This document shows, piece after piece, positions 9,591 to 19,591 of a stretch of DNA of 64,000 bases (position 1 is the stretch's first letter; each line of letters opens with the position of its first letter). This DNA is from Candidatus Onstottus arcticum (GTDB lineage: Bacteria; Acidobacteriota; Blastocatellia; UBA7656): assembly GCA_038040485.1 (NCBI GenBank), contig JBBPIE010000033.1, forward strand, positions 15,633-79,632, given 5' to 3'. The notes beneath the pieces were generated by a model, which ran no database searches, was not told where the DNA came from, and saw only the letters and a list, made by a program, of their open reading frames with translations. Made by a program: the position numbers and the translations under genes.

Positions 9591-11282
9591 ATGAACAAGA
9601 TTCGTGTTGTAGCTATCGCGCTGATCTCGCTTGCGGCGACAGCTCTGTACGTGCTGCCTGGCTGCTTTTCGTTGCGTACCGTTGGGGCAAACGGACCGGG
9701 GCCATCATCTAAGAACGTCTCATTCAATAAAGAAGTCGCGCCCATCTTCTACAAGAGCTGCGCCGAGTGCCATCGCCCCGGCGAAGCCGCGCCGTTCTCG
9801 GTGCTCAGCTACAAAGATGTCCGCCCCTGGGCGAAATCGATTAAAGAGAAAGTCGTCAGTCGCCAAATGCCTCCCTGGCACGCCGATCCGCACGTCGGCA
9901 AGTGGGCAAATGATCCGCGGCTGACGCAGGCCCAAGTCGATACCATCGCCGCCTGGGTAGATGGCGGAGCGAAGGAAGGCGATCCGAAAGACCTGCCCGC
10001 GGCGCCCCAATTCGTCGAAGGTTGGGGTATCGGCAAACCCGATGTGATTATCCAGATGCCCGAAGAGTACACCGTCGAAGCCAGCGGTCCCGACGAGTAC
10101 CAATACTTCGACGTGCCGACCAACTTCAAAGAGGACAAGTACGTGCAGATGGCTGAAGCGCGGCCCGGCAATCGGAAGGTCGTTCATCACGTCATTGCCT
10201 TCGTCGTTCCACCCGGCCAGCCGAGCCTCAACATGGTTCCCAAGGAGCAGCGGTCCGCCGCTCTTGAAGGTTCGTTGAAGAACACGCCGTTTTATCGCGA
10301 CGGTCTGTTGATTCGCATGAGGGAGGGCCAGCCGGTCTACGACGACGCGAGCGAAATCCCGGCCAATCTCAAGGGCTACAACCAGGTCGACGATTTTCTT
10401 ACCGCTTATGCGCCGGGGAGCGACTACGGTGGGTGGCAGCCCGGAACGGCAAAGAAAATCCCAGCCGGCGCAACTATCCGTTTTCAGATTCACTACTCCA
10501 AGATCGCCGGAAGCGTTCAGACGGACCGTTCAATGGTCGGTTTGATTTTCGCGAAACAACCGCCGGAGCGGCTTATGAAGACGCGCGCGGTTGCGAACGT
10601 TTTCTTCCAGATCCCGGCGAATGCCGATCATCACAAGGTCACGGGCGTATGGAAGCCGAGCCTGGACATCACCCTCTACTCTCTGATGCCGCACATGCAC
10701 TATCGCGGAGCGGCGATGGAGTACAAGGTCTTCTATCCCGACGGAAAAACCGAGGTGCTGCTGAACGTGCCTGCCTACAGCTTCAACTGGCAGATGGCCT
10801 ATCGCCCACAGGTGCCGATTCGTATTCCAGCGGGGAGCAAGATTCAGGTGACGGGGTACTTTGACAATTCGGTGAAGAACAAGTTCAATCCTGATCCCAC
10901 CAAAAATGTGCGTCAGGGTGAGCCGACATACGACGAGATGATGATGGGTTTCATGGATTACACGGCGGAGAAGCCGAAGAACCTGGCGAAGGTCGATCCG
11001 AAGGTCTTCGATACCTACGTCGGCAAGTATGATTTCGGCAACCCCAATAATCTGTACTCGGTGACTAGAGAAGGCGACCGCTACTTTGGTCAGGCGCCAA
11101 ACAATCCGAAGCGGGAGCTGTTCCCGGCATCCGCGACCAGCTTCTTCGTCCCCGAAGTCGAATCTCAGATCACGTTTGTGAAAGATGAAAAAGGCGAAGT
11201 GTTCGAATTGATCTACGATCAGAACGAACGAGTGAGGCATTGCAAACGAGTCAGGGAAGCGACCGCAAGCAGCAAGCAATAG
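9591..11282 (+). CDS. secreted cytochrome-c / copper type II ascorbate-dependent monooxygenase-like fusion protein
   Basis: Signal peptide present. CxxCH motif (CAECHRPGEAAPFSV, planctomycete-cytochrome-like). DBH/PHM-like His clusters: VVHHVIAF (HH), PHMHYRG (HxH), DEMMMGF (Met). The C-terminal ~90 aa (YVGKYDFG..VTREGDRYFGQ..ITFVKDEKGEV) form a small beta domain. Confidence 0.65.
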   Translation: MNKIRVVAIALISLAATALYVLPGCFSLRTVGANGPGPSSKNVSFNKEVAPIFYKSCAECHRPGEAAPFSVLSYKDVRPWAKSIKEKVVSRQMPPWHADPHVGKWANDPRLTQAQVDTIAAWVDGGAKEGDPKDLPAAPQFVEGWGIGKPDVIIQMPEEYTVEASGPDEYQYFDVPTNFKEDKYVQMAEARPGNRKVVHHVIAFVVPPGQPSLNMVPKEQRSAALEGSLKNTPFYRDGLLIRMREGQPVYDDASEIPANLKGYNQVDDFLTAYAPGSDYGGWQPGTAKKIPAGATIRFQIHYSKIAGSVQTDRSMVGLIFAKQPPERLMKTRAVANVFFQIPANADHHKVTGVWKPSLDITLYSLMPHMHYRGAAMEYKVFYPDGKTEVLLNVPAYSFNWQMAYRPQVPIRIPAGSKIQVTGYFDNSVKNKFNPDPTKNVRQGEPTYDEMMMGFMDYTAEKPKNLAKVDPKVFDTYVGKYDFGNPNNLYSVTREGDRYFGQAPNNPKRELFPASATSFFVPEVESQITFVKDEKGEVFELIYDQNERVRHCKRVREATASSKQ

Positions 11283-11308
11283 TTGATCGCTCTGCGATGA
11301 GACTCGAG

Positions 11309-11343
11309 GAGGTGGGTGTTTCGACATCCACCTCTTTTCTTTT
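11309..11343 (+). terminator. rho-independent terminator
   Basis: GAGGTGGGTG tttcga CATCCACCTC stem-loop followed by TTTTCTTTT, 27 nt after the stop at 11282. Confidence 0.6.
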
Positions 11344-11378
11344 GTGCTTCACGCACCGGTGCCCATAACGAAGTTTCT

Positions 11379-12755
11379 TCACTTCTTTTCTTCACGAGCC
11401 CCGGTCGCGGCGCGGCTCTGGTCATCAACCGAGTAGGTGATCCCCGAGTACTGCATCTCTTCCCAGGTCTGTGGACCCCAGCGCACTGCCACCTTCGGAT
11501 CGGGGTTCCATTTGTTTGCAGTCGAGTTGTCGTAATGAGCCGTGGCCTCGAGTCGCGATCCCTTCGGCACTGCCAACGGCTTAGTGAACACGTAATAAGT
11601 CTGCCAGTTGAAATTGTACTTCGGGACCGACAACACGCTTTCGGAGCGGCCGTCCGGGTACACAAGTCGATACTCCCAGCTCTTGCCTCGGAGATGGGTG
11701 TGCGGGAAAAGCGCCCAGATGTGCGCGTCCTCACTAAACTGAATTGCCGAATCGACTGCCTGATTGTCCGCGCCGGGAGGAATGACAAACATCGGATTGA
11801 CGAACGCGCTGTTGCGCATCTCCTGTTGCGGGGGCTGTTTTGCGAAGATCATACCTACGCTGGTTCGATCCTTAGTGGCCGTGCCGTTCGACGTGTAATG
11901 AACTTGAAAGGCGAGCGATGCGCCGGCTTTGATGCGAAGCGCAGTGCCTGGCTTGAAGATCATGGCGTTCGTGCCTGGCGCTGTTGTGGCTATCAGTGAG
12001 CCCGGCAGCGCGTGCTCTCGTGAGGACGCGTTGCCATGCCCTTGCCCGAAGCCTCCAAAGTTCGGCACGACCTGGACAAACCCCTGTGACCGTCGCGCGC
12101 CGGGCTCGCGACAGAAGACCAGCACGTGATGGACGACGCTGCGCGAGCCGGGCCTTACTTCGATGGCCTGCACCCATTTGTCTTCGGTGAAGTTGGTCGG
12201 CACTTCGAAGAACTGATACGCAATCGTGCCGGACTCCGGGACTTCAAATTCTTTCGACATGCTGATAACGGCGTCGGGTGTACCGATCTCCCAACCGTCG
12301 GCGAACTTTGGCGCCGGCGGCAGGTCTTTCGGGTCGCCCTTCGGTGCGCCGCCATCGGCCCAACGGATCAAGGTGTCTTTCTCTTTCGCGCTCAATCGCC
12401 TGTCGTTTGAGAAAGTGCCGTGTGGCTGCGTAGCGTGCCAAGGCGGCATGTTGCCGGCGGCGACTTGCTCGCGAATCGCTTTCGCCCAAGGCCGCGCGTT
12501 CTCATAAGTGAGCAGCGACATAGGCGCGATGTCGCCAGGTCGGTGGCAGCTTGCGCAGTTCTTAAAGAGAATCGGCGCCACGTCTTTTGAGAAAGTCGGC
12601 GTTGCCTCCGAGTTCGGCCTGGCCGATGGAATCGCTGTCAATGCGAGCACCGTCACGGCTAGCGCCGCCGTATACTTTAGTCGGGTGTTGATCATGGAAG
12701 TGAGCTTCCTTCTTCGAGCCTGGATTCGGTTTATGCCGATGCGCGAGGCCGGCAC
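11379..12755 (-). CDS. paralogous cytochrome-c / copper monooxygenase-like protein (lacks the C-terminal extra domain)
   Basis: Same architecture as 9591-11282: CASCHRPGDIAPMSLLTYENARPWAKAIREQVAAGNMPPWHA, VVHHVLVF, PHTHLRG, EEMQYSG. It is convergent with its paralog. Confidence 0.65.
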   Translation of the reverse strand: MPASRIGINRIQARRRKLTSMINTRLKYTAALAVTVLALTAIPSARPNSEATPTFSKDVAPILFKNCASCHRPGDIAPMSLLTYENARPWAKAIREQVAAGNMPPWHATQPHGTFSNDRRLSAKEKDTLIRWADGGAPKGDPKDLPPAPKFADGWEIGTPDAVISMSKEFEVPESGTIAYQFFEVPTNFTEDKWVQAIEVRPGSRSVVHHVLVFCREPGARRSQGFVQVVPNFGGFGQGHGNASSREHALPGSLIATTAPGTNAMIFKPGTALRIKAGASLAFQVHYTSNGTATKDRTSVGMIFAKQPPQQEMRNSAFVNPMFVIPPGADNQAVDSAIQFSEDAHIWALFPHTHLRGKSWEYRLVYPDGRSESVLSVPKYNFNWQTYYVFTKPLAVPKGSRLEATAHYDNSTANKWNPDPKVAVRWGPQTWEEMQYSGITYSVDDQSRAATGAREEKK

Positions 12756-12841
12756 TGCGTGACTATATCACACGAATCGCAACCCGGCACACTGAGTGGG
12801 GCAGGTGACAACATCCACTGAAACGCCGCAGAAGATTAGTG

Positions 12842-12870
12842 TTGACTTGCTTAGGAGTGGATGTTAGAAA
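12842..12870 (+). promoter_or_regulatory. candidate promoter upstream of pilM, flanked by a 9-bp inverted repeat
   Basis: TTGACT (12842-12847), 17-nt spacer, TAGAAA (12865-12870). ACATCCACT (12811-12819) and AGTGGATGT (12856-12864) are perfectly complementary and bracket the -35 box. Confidence 0.25.
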
Positions 12871-13142
12871 TGGCTCCGTCGCAAGAAATTTCGTTTAGAT
12901 GATTGAATGAATAAGTGAAGAGCAACAAGACTCTTTGCCATTCGACATCGCGCCCCTCGGAACTCGCCCCTTACGAAGTTCCCGCACCCCACTTCTGAAA
13001 GTCTCCAGTTTCGAGTCTGCCCCTGCTGCCGATTCTCGATAGCGGATTGTGCTTTCGCGGCAGTTTTTCAAATCAGCCCGCTAACACACCGGCAATCCGA
13101 AAATCGAAGATCAAGAGTCGCAATCTTCCCAGGGGAGACACC

Positions 13143-14204
13143 ATGTTTGGGAAAAAAACCAGGAGCGTCGTCGGCCTGGACATCGGTTCGAGCGCGCTCA
13201 AAGCCATTGAACTCAGGCCCACGCGCAGCGGGTTCGAGCTGGTGCACATCGCTCATCAGAACCTTCAGTCCGACACCATAGTCGACGGCCACATCATAGA
13301 CCTTAATCACGTGAGCGATTCGATCAACCGGGTCTGGACCGATCAGAACATAAAGACCAACCAGGTTGCCACATCGCTTTCGGGTCACGCAGTCATTGTC
13401 AAAAAGATATTGCTTCCCACCATGACCGAGGAAGAACTCGACGAGCAGATCCACTGGGAAGCTGAACAGTACATCCCGTTCGACATCAACGACGTCAACC
13501 TGTATCACGAGATCACGGGTCACGATGCGACCGGACAGAACATGGACGTCCTGCTTGTCGCCTGCAAGCGCGACAAGATCGCTCAGTTCACGCAGGTTAT
13601 CTCGCAAGCCGGCAAGCAGCCGGTGATCGTTGACGTTGACGCCTTTGCGCTTCAGAACGCATACGAAGCCAACTATCACCCGGCTCCGAATCAGACCGTT
13701 GCGCTTCTGGATATCGGCGCTTCGGTACTGACTATCAACATCGTGCGGGGCGCGAGTTCGATCTTTACTCGCGACATCTCGGCCGGCGGAAATCAATACA
13801 CCGACCTCCTTCAAAAAGAACTCAACCTCACCTTCGAACAGGCAGAAGCGCTCAAGCGCGGCGCGGACGTGGACCAGCACTCAGCCGACCAGGCCCACGC
13901 AGCGATCCAATCGGTGTCTGAGATGCTGGCGCTCGAGATCCAGCGCACCCTCGACTTCTTCCGCTCGACTTCCGGTGACGCGCCCACAATCGACCGAATG
14001 CTGATCGCGGGCGGCTCGTCCAAAGTCGCGGAGCTGACCGAGTATCTCTCGGACAAATTCCAGATGCCCGTCGAGCGATTCGACTCGTTCCGATCGATCA
14101 AGGTCGATGGAAGGAAATTCGACGACGAGTACCTGAGAGAGCTTTCACCCAACATGGCAGTGGCGGTCGGTCTGGCCGTCCGAGTAGCGGAGGTGGCCCG
14201 ATGA
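13143..14204 (+). CDS. pilM: type IV pilus assembly ATPase-like protein PilM
   Basis: Start at MFGKKTRSVVGLDIGSSALKAIEL (actin-like fold N-terminus typical of PilM). First gene of the pilMNOPQ order. Confidence 0.9.
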   Translation: MFGKKTRSVVGLDIGSSALKAIELRPTRSGFELVHIAHQNLQSDTIVDGHIIDLNHVSDSINRVWTDQNIKTNQVATSLSGHAVIVKKILLPTMTEEELDEQIHWEAEQYIPFDINDVNLYHEITGHDATGQNMDVLLVACKRDKIAQFTQVISQAGKQPVIVDVDAFALQNAYEANYHPAPNQTVALLDIGASVLTINIVRGASSIFTRDISAGGNQYTDLLQKELNLTFEQAEALKRGADVDQHSADQAHAAIQSVSEMLALEIQRTLDFFRSTSGDAPTIDRMLIAGGSSKVAELTEYLSDKFQMPVERFDSFRSIKVDGRKFDDEYLRELSPNMAVAVGLAVRVAEVAR

Positions 14205-14926
14205 TCCGCGTAAATCTACTTGAAGGAACCGCCGAACACCGCGTGTCGGTGCAGAAGACCAAGGTCGCGGCTCGCCGAGGCCAGCAGTTGTTCATGGTAG
14301 CGGCGGCGCTTGGACTGTTCGTGATCGCGACCGGCGTCGACCATTTGAGGACTAACAGCGCTCACGTCGAAGCCAAGACCGACCTTGACCTCGAAGAGGC
14401 GGAGGCCAAGAAACTCGAAGGCGACATTCAACGGAAGAATGAACTCGAAGCCGAATTAAAAGAGGTCGAGGAACGAATCAAGATCATCAAGCAGTTACGC
14501 GCCGAGCAAAAGGGCCCGGTGGCTATGATGTCCGCCATCAACGAGCGCATGCCCGGCGGCCAGGCCGACTTCCGTCTCGAGACCATCGTGCAAAAAGGCG
14601 CGCACCTGCAGATCGTCGGCAGCTCGGTCAGCCAGCAGGTGATCGCGGACTTCTCGCGGCAGCTCGAGTTCTCGAACGGGTTGTTCACTAACGTCATGCT
14701 CTCGGTCGAGGGCAAAGAGGTGAAGGCAGAAGACGTGGTCGACAGGAAAGAGAGCGACAAGACCGACAAGCCGGACAAAAAGCCTGCCGACAAGTTAGAA
14801 AAGAAAGAAGCCGAAGAAGTCACCGCGCGGGTGTTTCAGTTCACAATAGACCTCGATTACAACAAGCCGCGCGCCGAAGGGGACAAAGAAAAAGACAAGG
14901 TAGCGCCGCCCGCGCCGGGCAAGTGA
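14201..14926 (+). CDS. pilN: type IV pilus inner-membrane component PilN, with a charged low-complexity C-terminal tail
   Basis: MIRVNLLEG N-terminus, one TM segment and a coiled coil. 4-nt overlap with pilM. Confidence 0.8.
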   Translation: MIRVNLLEGTAEHRVSVQKTKVAARRGQQLFMVAAALGLFVIATGVDHLRTNSAHVEAKTDLDLEEAEAKKLEGDIQRKNELEAELKEVEERIKIIKQLRAEQKGPVAMMSAINERMPGGQADFRLETIVQKGAHLQIVGSSVSQQVIADFSRQLEFSNGLFTNVMLSVEGKEVKAEDVVDRKESDKTDKPDKKPADKLEKKEAEEVTARVFQFTIDLDYNKPRAEGDKEKDKVAPPAPGK

Positions 14927-14939
14927 AGGAGACCAATCT

Positions 14940-15629
14940 ATGTCAGCAACGATGACAACTGTTGTTAAGGGCGCCGAAGAGGGTGGAAGCTTCTTCACCC
15001 GGCTGGCCTGGTACTACCAGATGGGCGCTCTGCTGGTTTTGGCCGCCTTGTTGTTCTGGGGCGCCGACCTGATGCTTTACAGCGACAAGCGCGCCGAGAC
15101 CACAAAGCTCCTCGCACAAATTCAGACGCTCAAGGCCAAGAACGCGCAGGGCAGCATCATCCGGCAGAACCTTGCCGCGACCGAACAGACGCTGAAAGAG
15201 AAGCGCGAGGAGATGGACCGGCTCCGCGATCTTCTGCCCGATTCGGTCGAGATCTCGCGCGTGTATGACAACATCAAAGACTTTCTACGGGAGCAGCGCC
15301 TCGAGCTGAGGCGCTTTATCCATCAGAAGTCGACGCCGGCTGATTTCTACACCGCGCAGCCGATTCAGGTTGAAGTCACAGGCTCGTACGACAACCTGGG
15401 CCAGTTCTTCTCGAGACTCGGTTTCTATTCGCGAATAGTGAGCGTGACCGATGTCCAGGTGAAGAGCGCGGAAGCTGGAGCGCAAGAAGTTGGCCGCTCG
15501 ATCAACGCGCAGTTCGTTGTCACCGCCTACTACATCTCGCCGGCGAACCTCGAGAAGCTAACGTCGAAGCAACTAGCGCCGCCGCCCGCACCGGGTCAGG
15601 CGCCACCTGCAGGCCAGGGGAAGAAATAG
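14940..15629 (+). CDS. pilO: type IV pilus inner-membrane component PilO
   Basis: Operon position, one TM segment, a coiled coil, then a ferredoxin-like C-terminal region (VEVTGSYDNLGQFFSRL). Confidence 0.8.
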   Translation: MSATMTTVVKGAEEGGSFFTRLAWYYQMGALLVLAALLFWGADLMLYSDKRAETTKLLAQIQTLKAKNAQGSIIRQNLAATEQTLKEKREEMDRLRDLLPDSVEISRVYDNIKDFLREQRLELRRFIHQKSTPADFYTAQPIQVEVTGSYDNLGQFFSRLGFYSRIVSVTDVQVKSAEAGAQEVGRSINAQFVVTAYYISPANLEKLTSKQLAPPPAPGQAPPAGQGKK

Positions 15630-15641
15630 CGGAGTCGTTCT

Positions 15642-16277
15642 ATGAAAGCCAGAACAATACTCGCAGTCTCATTCGTGTTTGTCCTTGCCATCGCCGTCAA
15701 CGGCGCGGCTCAAGACAAGCAGGCGACCGAGAAGGCGGTTCAGCAGGCGGAGGGCTCTTCGCAGGCTCAACCGGCCAAGACCGGCAAAGAGTATCTGGGA
15801 CCTACGGCTGATTCGATTCGGCCTTACCGGCCCAGCAATCGCGACCCGTTCAGAAAGACGCCCACCAAGGCAAAACAGGCCAAGAGCGCCAAAGCAGTCG
15901 CGCGGCTCCAGGGCTTCGCGACCCTTGAGGTCCGGCGCGCCGAGTTCAAGCAAAAGGTGGATCAAGCTCGCTCGCGTGATCTAGCCGAGCCCGATCCGGT
16001 CTCGCAGTACCTGGTCACCGAGTTGGACGTGACCGGCGTGTTCCGCGACGACCGCGGCTTCGGCGCATTCGTTAGAGCGTCGCCCACCGGGTCGATGTTC
16101 TTTGTTCGAAACGGGGTCCGCGTCTACAACGGCGAAGTGCTTCGGATCGAAGGAGACGGAGCGGAGACCGGCGGCGCGAGAGTCCTGTTTCGCGAGGTCT
16201 CGTATACAGAAGCCAACGGTAAACAGACCCCGCAAGAGCGGACCGTGGTCAAGACGCCCGCCGGCCGTAAGAATTGA
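15642..16277 (+). CDS. pilP: PilP-like pilus assembly protein
   Basis: Signal peptide and a disordered linker. C-terminal beta-sandwich pattern LVTELDVTGVFRDDRGFGAFVR..FFVRNGVRVYNGEVLRIEG. Located between pilO and pilQ. Confidence 0.65.
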   Translation: MKARTILAVSFVFVLAIAVNGAAQDKQATEKAVQQAEGSSQAQPAKTGKEYLGPTADSIRPYRPSNRDPFRKTPTKAKQAKSAKAVARLQGFATLEVRRAEFKQKVDQARSRDLAEPDPVSQYLVTELDVTGVFRDDRGFGAFVRASPTGSMFFVRNGVRVYNGEVLRIEGDGAETGGARVLFREVSYTEANGKQTPQERTVVKTPAGRKN

Positions 16278-16508
16278 AGTGTTCGAGAGCCGGGAGCCAT
16301 GTGCCGCGGCGGATGCAGAGGCAGCTTGTGTTAGCTGGGGCGGTCACTATAATCACTGCACCCTGCACAACAAGCATTGAACTGATCCTCTGAGGTTTTG
16401 GTGAAAGATGTACTCAGCGCGATGTGGAGCGGACGTTCTGACTATTGATGAGGAGCCCTCCGGTTGCGTCCGTTTCAGTTTCAAATAGAGAGAGGGGAGA
16501 CAAAAGCT

Positions 16509-19460
16509 ATGATCGCTAGGAGGCTTGTCGTATCACTGGTGGTGCTCGCGCTCGTGAGCAATGTAAGCGCATTCGCAGGAACGAGCGCTAGAGCAAAGGC
16601 CACAACTCCGGCCCAGGCGTACACTCTGGTGTCGCTCAAGCACGAGACCGTAGGAGCGCTGACGCGCATCTCGATCGAATCGAGCGCGCCTCCCCTCTAC
16701 ACCGTCTACCGGCCATCGGACCGGCTGATCATCGTTGATCTGCCGGGCGGCGAAGCGTCGGGGCTCGCGCCTCAGTACAAGGTCGGAAGCGACCTGGTCG
16801 ACTCGATCGAGGTGCGCCAATCCAAGCTCGGCGCCCGCCCTGCTGGAAACAAGGCGCTGCGCAGGATGACTCGAATCGAGGTCAGCGTGAAGGCGAGCGC
16901 ACGGGACCGTTCAACGGTTGCCGGCAACACTCTCGTTCTTGAAGTCTCGCCCAGCCCGCAAGCCTCGCCCGCAGAGGCGAAGCTTCAGAAGGAATCCAAC
17001 GCCGCGCCGGACTCCGCCCGCGAGCTCAAACGCGTCGCCGAGAATAGACCCGAGCCGGCTGGCGTTAACCTCTATCCCGCTCCGGTGAGTTCGCCGACTG
17101 CGGTAAAGGCCAGTTCCGCGCCCGAGAAAGTTGCGCCGAAACCCGAAGCGCTAAGGCCCGCACGCCTTATCAAAGAGGTCCGCTCCGAAGCGGCTGACGG
17201 CGTCGTGCGTATCATCGTACAAGCGGATGGCGCGGCTCAGTTCAAAGACTTCGTTCTTCCAGATCCGTGGCGCGTGGTCGTCGACATCACCGGCGTGCGA
17301 AGCGCCTTTGGGAACAGGACCACGACGGTTGGCGGCTCGCTTGTAGATCGAATGCGCGTGGGCCAGCCTGGCCCCAACGTCGTTCGCATTGTGCTCGACA
17401 CAAAATCGAAAGTCCCATACCGCGTTGAACGCTCAGGCGAAACACTCGTTATCACAGTCGGCAGCGGCGGCACCTCCAAGAATGAAACCCTGAAGCCGGC
17501 AGTTGATGCGAAAGCTCAAGCCAGCTCCGCTAAGGATGCCGCAACAGTCAAGCCGGAGGTCAAAGTCGCAGGCGAGCGAATCGAGAACAAGATCGAGCCC
17601 AAGCCTGCCGACTCGACAAAGGAAACGATCACCACTTCCACTTTGATCGCTCAGAACCGGCCCGTGACGGGAGGTCAGCCTCAAGTGGGCGCTCAGCCAA
17701 ACAGAAATCTGCCGCTCCCGGTTCAGCAAAACACTTCAACGGGCGTCAAAGAGACCGTGACGCACTCAGGGCCGGCCGCGGTTAACCGCAGCGCCATGGA
17801 CCTGCAGCGCCCGGGCGCCGGCGGTCAGGCTTCCGGCAAGCCTCGACCTGAGATGGCCTTCTGCGATTCGACCTACGTTGGCGGATTGATCAGCTTCGAC
17901 CTGCGTGCCGGGGTTGATCTGCGAGACATGCTACGGTTCATTTCACAGCAGTACGGCGTGAACTTCATCCTCGACAAATCAGTCGGCGCCGTGCCGGTCG
18001 ACATAAGAATGACCGACGTGCCCTGGAATCAAGTAATGGAGTCGGTGCTGAGAGCTAACCGGCTGGGCGCAGTCTGCGAGAGCAACGGCCGAATGATTCG
18101 AATAGCCACGCTGGCTGCGGTCAAGGAAGAGGAAGAACAGCGCCGCGCGATCGCCGAAGAGCAGGCGAAACAAATTCCGCTGGTCACCAAGATCATTCAC
18201 CTGAAGTACGCGCGCGCGGTGGGAAGCCTGGGAAGCGCTGGGTCGGGCGCTTCCGGCCGGGGCGGCGGCGGTGGTGGAGCGGGTGGCGGAGGCGGCGTGG
18301 GCGGCCAGGGCTCGCTGCTTTCGATCATCAACAGCCGATTGAGCACTCGCGGCCGTATCGAAATGGACGCGCGAACCAACAGCCTGGTCATCACCGACTT
18401 GCCCGAGTACACGGCTGTCATCGAAGACATGATCAGCAAGTTGGACCGGCCCGAGCCGCAAGTCGAAATCGAAGCCCGAATCGTACTCGCAAATCGGAAC
18501 TTCCTTCGCGATATCGGTACAGAGCTGGCAGGCGGGGCAACCTCGAGAGCGGGACAAGCCGGACTCTTCTCAACAACACCCAACCTGCCATCTAACTTCG
18601 GTAGTGGGACGACGGGCGGCACAACCGGCGGTACAACCGGAGGAACGGCAGGCGGCACTGCTGCTCCACTCGGGCCGAATCTGCCTGGCCCACTTCCTAA
18701 CGCCGCACTAAGGGCCGGAGTTGCGAATTCCGTGCTAAGTTTGACAACCGGTCTTCTGGGAACGGGGATTCTGAACCTTGCTCTCAGCGCGTCCGAAACC
18801 AAAGGCCAGATCCGCACGATCGCCAGTCCGCGCGTGACGGCTACCGACAACAAGACCGCCGAGATCGTCAACGGCATACAGATACCTGTGCAGACCGTTT
18901 CCAACAACACTGTGACGACGACCTTCGTAACCGCGGCTCTGCGGCTCGAGATCACGCCGCAAATAATCGAGGAAACCGGCGAGGTGCTGATGCACGTGAT
19001 CGCCGAGAATAACAATGTGAACTTCTCGCTGGCGGGTCAGTTCAACAACGGAACGCCCGGCATAGACACCCAGTCGGCTGAATCGATAGTTCGCGTTGCC
19101 GATGGCGGCACGACAGTGATGGGCGGCATCAACATAGACAGCGAAGGTCACACGCTTAACCGCACGCCCGGTATGTCGAGAATTCCGCTGATCGGTGAGT
19201 TGTTCAAGCGCCGGCAGACACGTCGCGACACGAGCGAGATTCTGTTCTTCATTACTCCTCGCATAGTCAGATCCGAGGGCTCGATGGGACCTACAGCTCC
19301 TCAGCGAAGCTCGGTCGAGGGAGTGCCGAATCCGGTTTCCGCACAGCGAGCTGCGAACGTGCCAGCTAATTCTCCTGTAAAAAAGGACAACAATGCTGTT
19401 CAGAATACTGTAGCTCCGGTTCAGCCGGTTGCAGCCGCCTCGGGCAAGAGCGGACAGTAG
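16509..19460 (+). CDS. pilQ: type IV pilus secretin PilQ with two AMIN domains and long low-complexity inserts
   Basis: Start at MIARRLVVSLVVLALV. AMIN-like repeats (TRISIESSAPPLYTVYRPSDRLIIVDLPG / VRIIVQADGAAQFKDFVLPDPWRVVVDITG). Secretin core (..IASPRVTATDNKTAEI..PGMSRIPLIGELFKRR). Confidence 0.9.
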   Translation: MIARRLVVSLVVLALVSNVSAFAGTSARAKATTPAQAYTLVSLKHETVGALTRISIESSAPPLYTVYRPSDRLIIVDLPGGEASGLAPQYKVGSDLVDSIEVRQSKLGARPAGNKALRRMTRIEVSVKASARDRSTVAGNTLVLEVSPSPQASPAEAKLQKESNAAPDSARELKRVAENRPEPAGVNLYPAPVSSPTAVKASSAPEKVAPKPEALRPARLIKEVRSEAADGVVRIIVQADGAAQFKDFVLPDPWRVVVDITGVRSAFGNRTTTVGGSLVDRMRVGQPGPNVVRIVLDTKSKVPYRVERSGETLVITVGSGGTSKNETLKPAVDAKAQASSAKDAATVKPEVKVAGERIENKIEPKPADSTKETITTSTLIAQNRPVTGGQPQVGAQPNRNLPLPVQQNTSTGVKETVTHSGPAAVNRSAMDLQRPGAGGQASGKPRPEMAFCDSTYVGGLISFDLRAGVDLRDMLRFISQQYGVNFILDKSVGAVPVDIRMTDVPWNQVMESVLRANRLGAVCESNGRMIRIATLAAVKEEEEQRRAIAEEQAKQIPLVTKIIHLKYARAVGSLGSAGSGASGRGGGGGGAGGGGGVGGQGSLLSIINSRLSTRGRIEMDARTNSLVITDLPEYTAVIEDMISKLDRPEPQVEIEARIVLANRNFLRDIGTELAGGATSRAGQAGLFSTTPNLPSNFGSGTTGGTTGGTTGGTAGGTAAPLGPNLPGPLPNAALRAGVANSVLSLTTGLLGTGILNLALSASETKGQIRTIASPRVTATDNKTAEIVNGIQIPVQTVSNNTVTTTFVTAALRLEITPQIIEETGEVLMHVIAENNNVNFSLAGQFNNGTPGIDTQSAESIVRVADGGTTVMGGINIDSEGHTLNRTPGMSRIPLIGELFKRRQTRRDTSEILFFITPRIVRSEGSMGPTAPQRSSVEGVPNPVSAQRAANVPANSPVKKDNNAVQNTVAPVQPVAAASGKSGQ

Positions 19461-19591
19461 GCAGCGACTATGGACAGCGGTCAGCCGTTTCGCGACAATG
19501 TTCGAGAACGGCTGGCCACTGCCGCTTATCAGCTAACGGCCGGCAGTTCATGCCAGCCGCCGTCAACATCAGCGGACCTCGGGACAGAACG

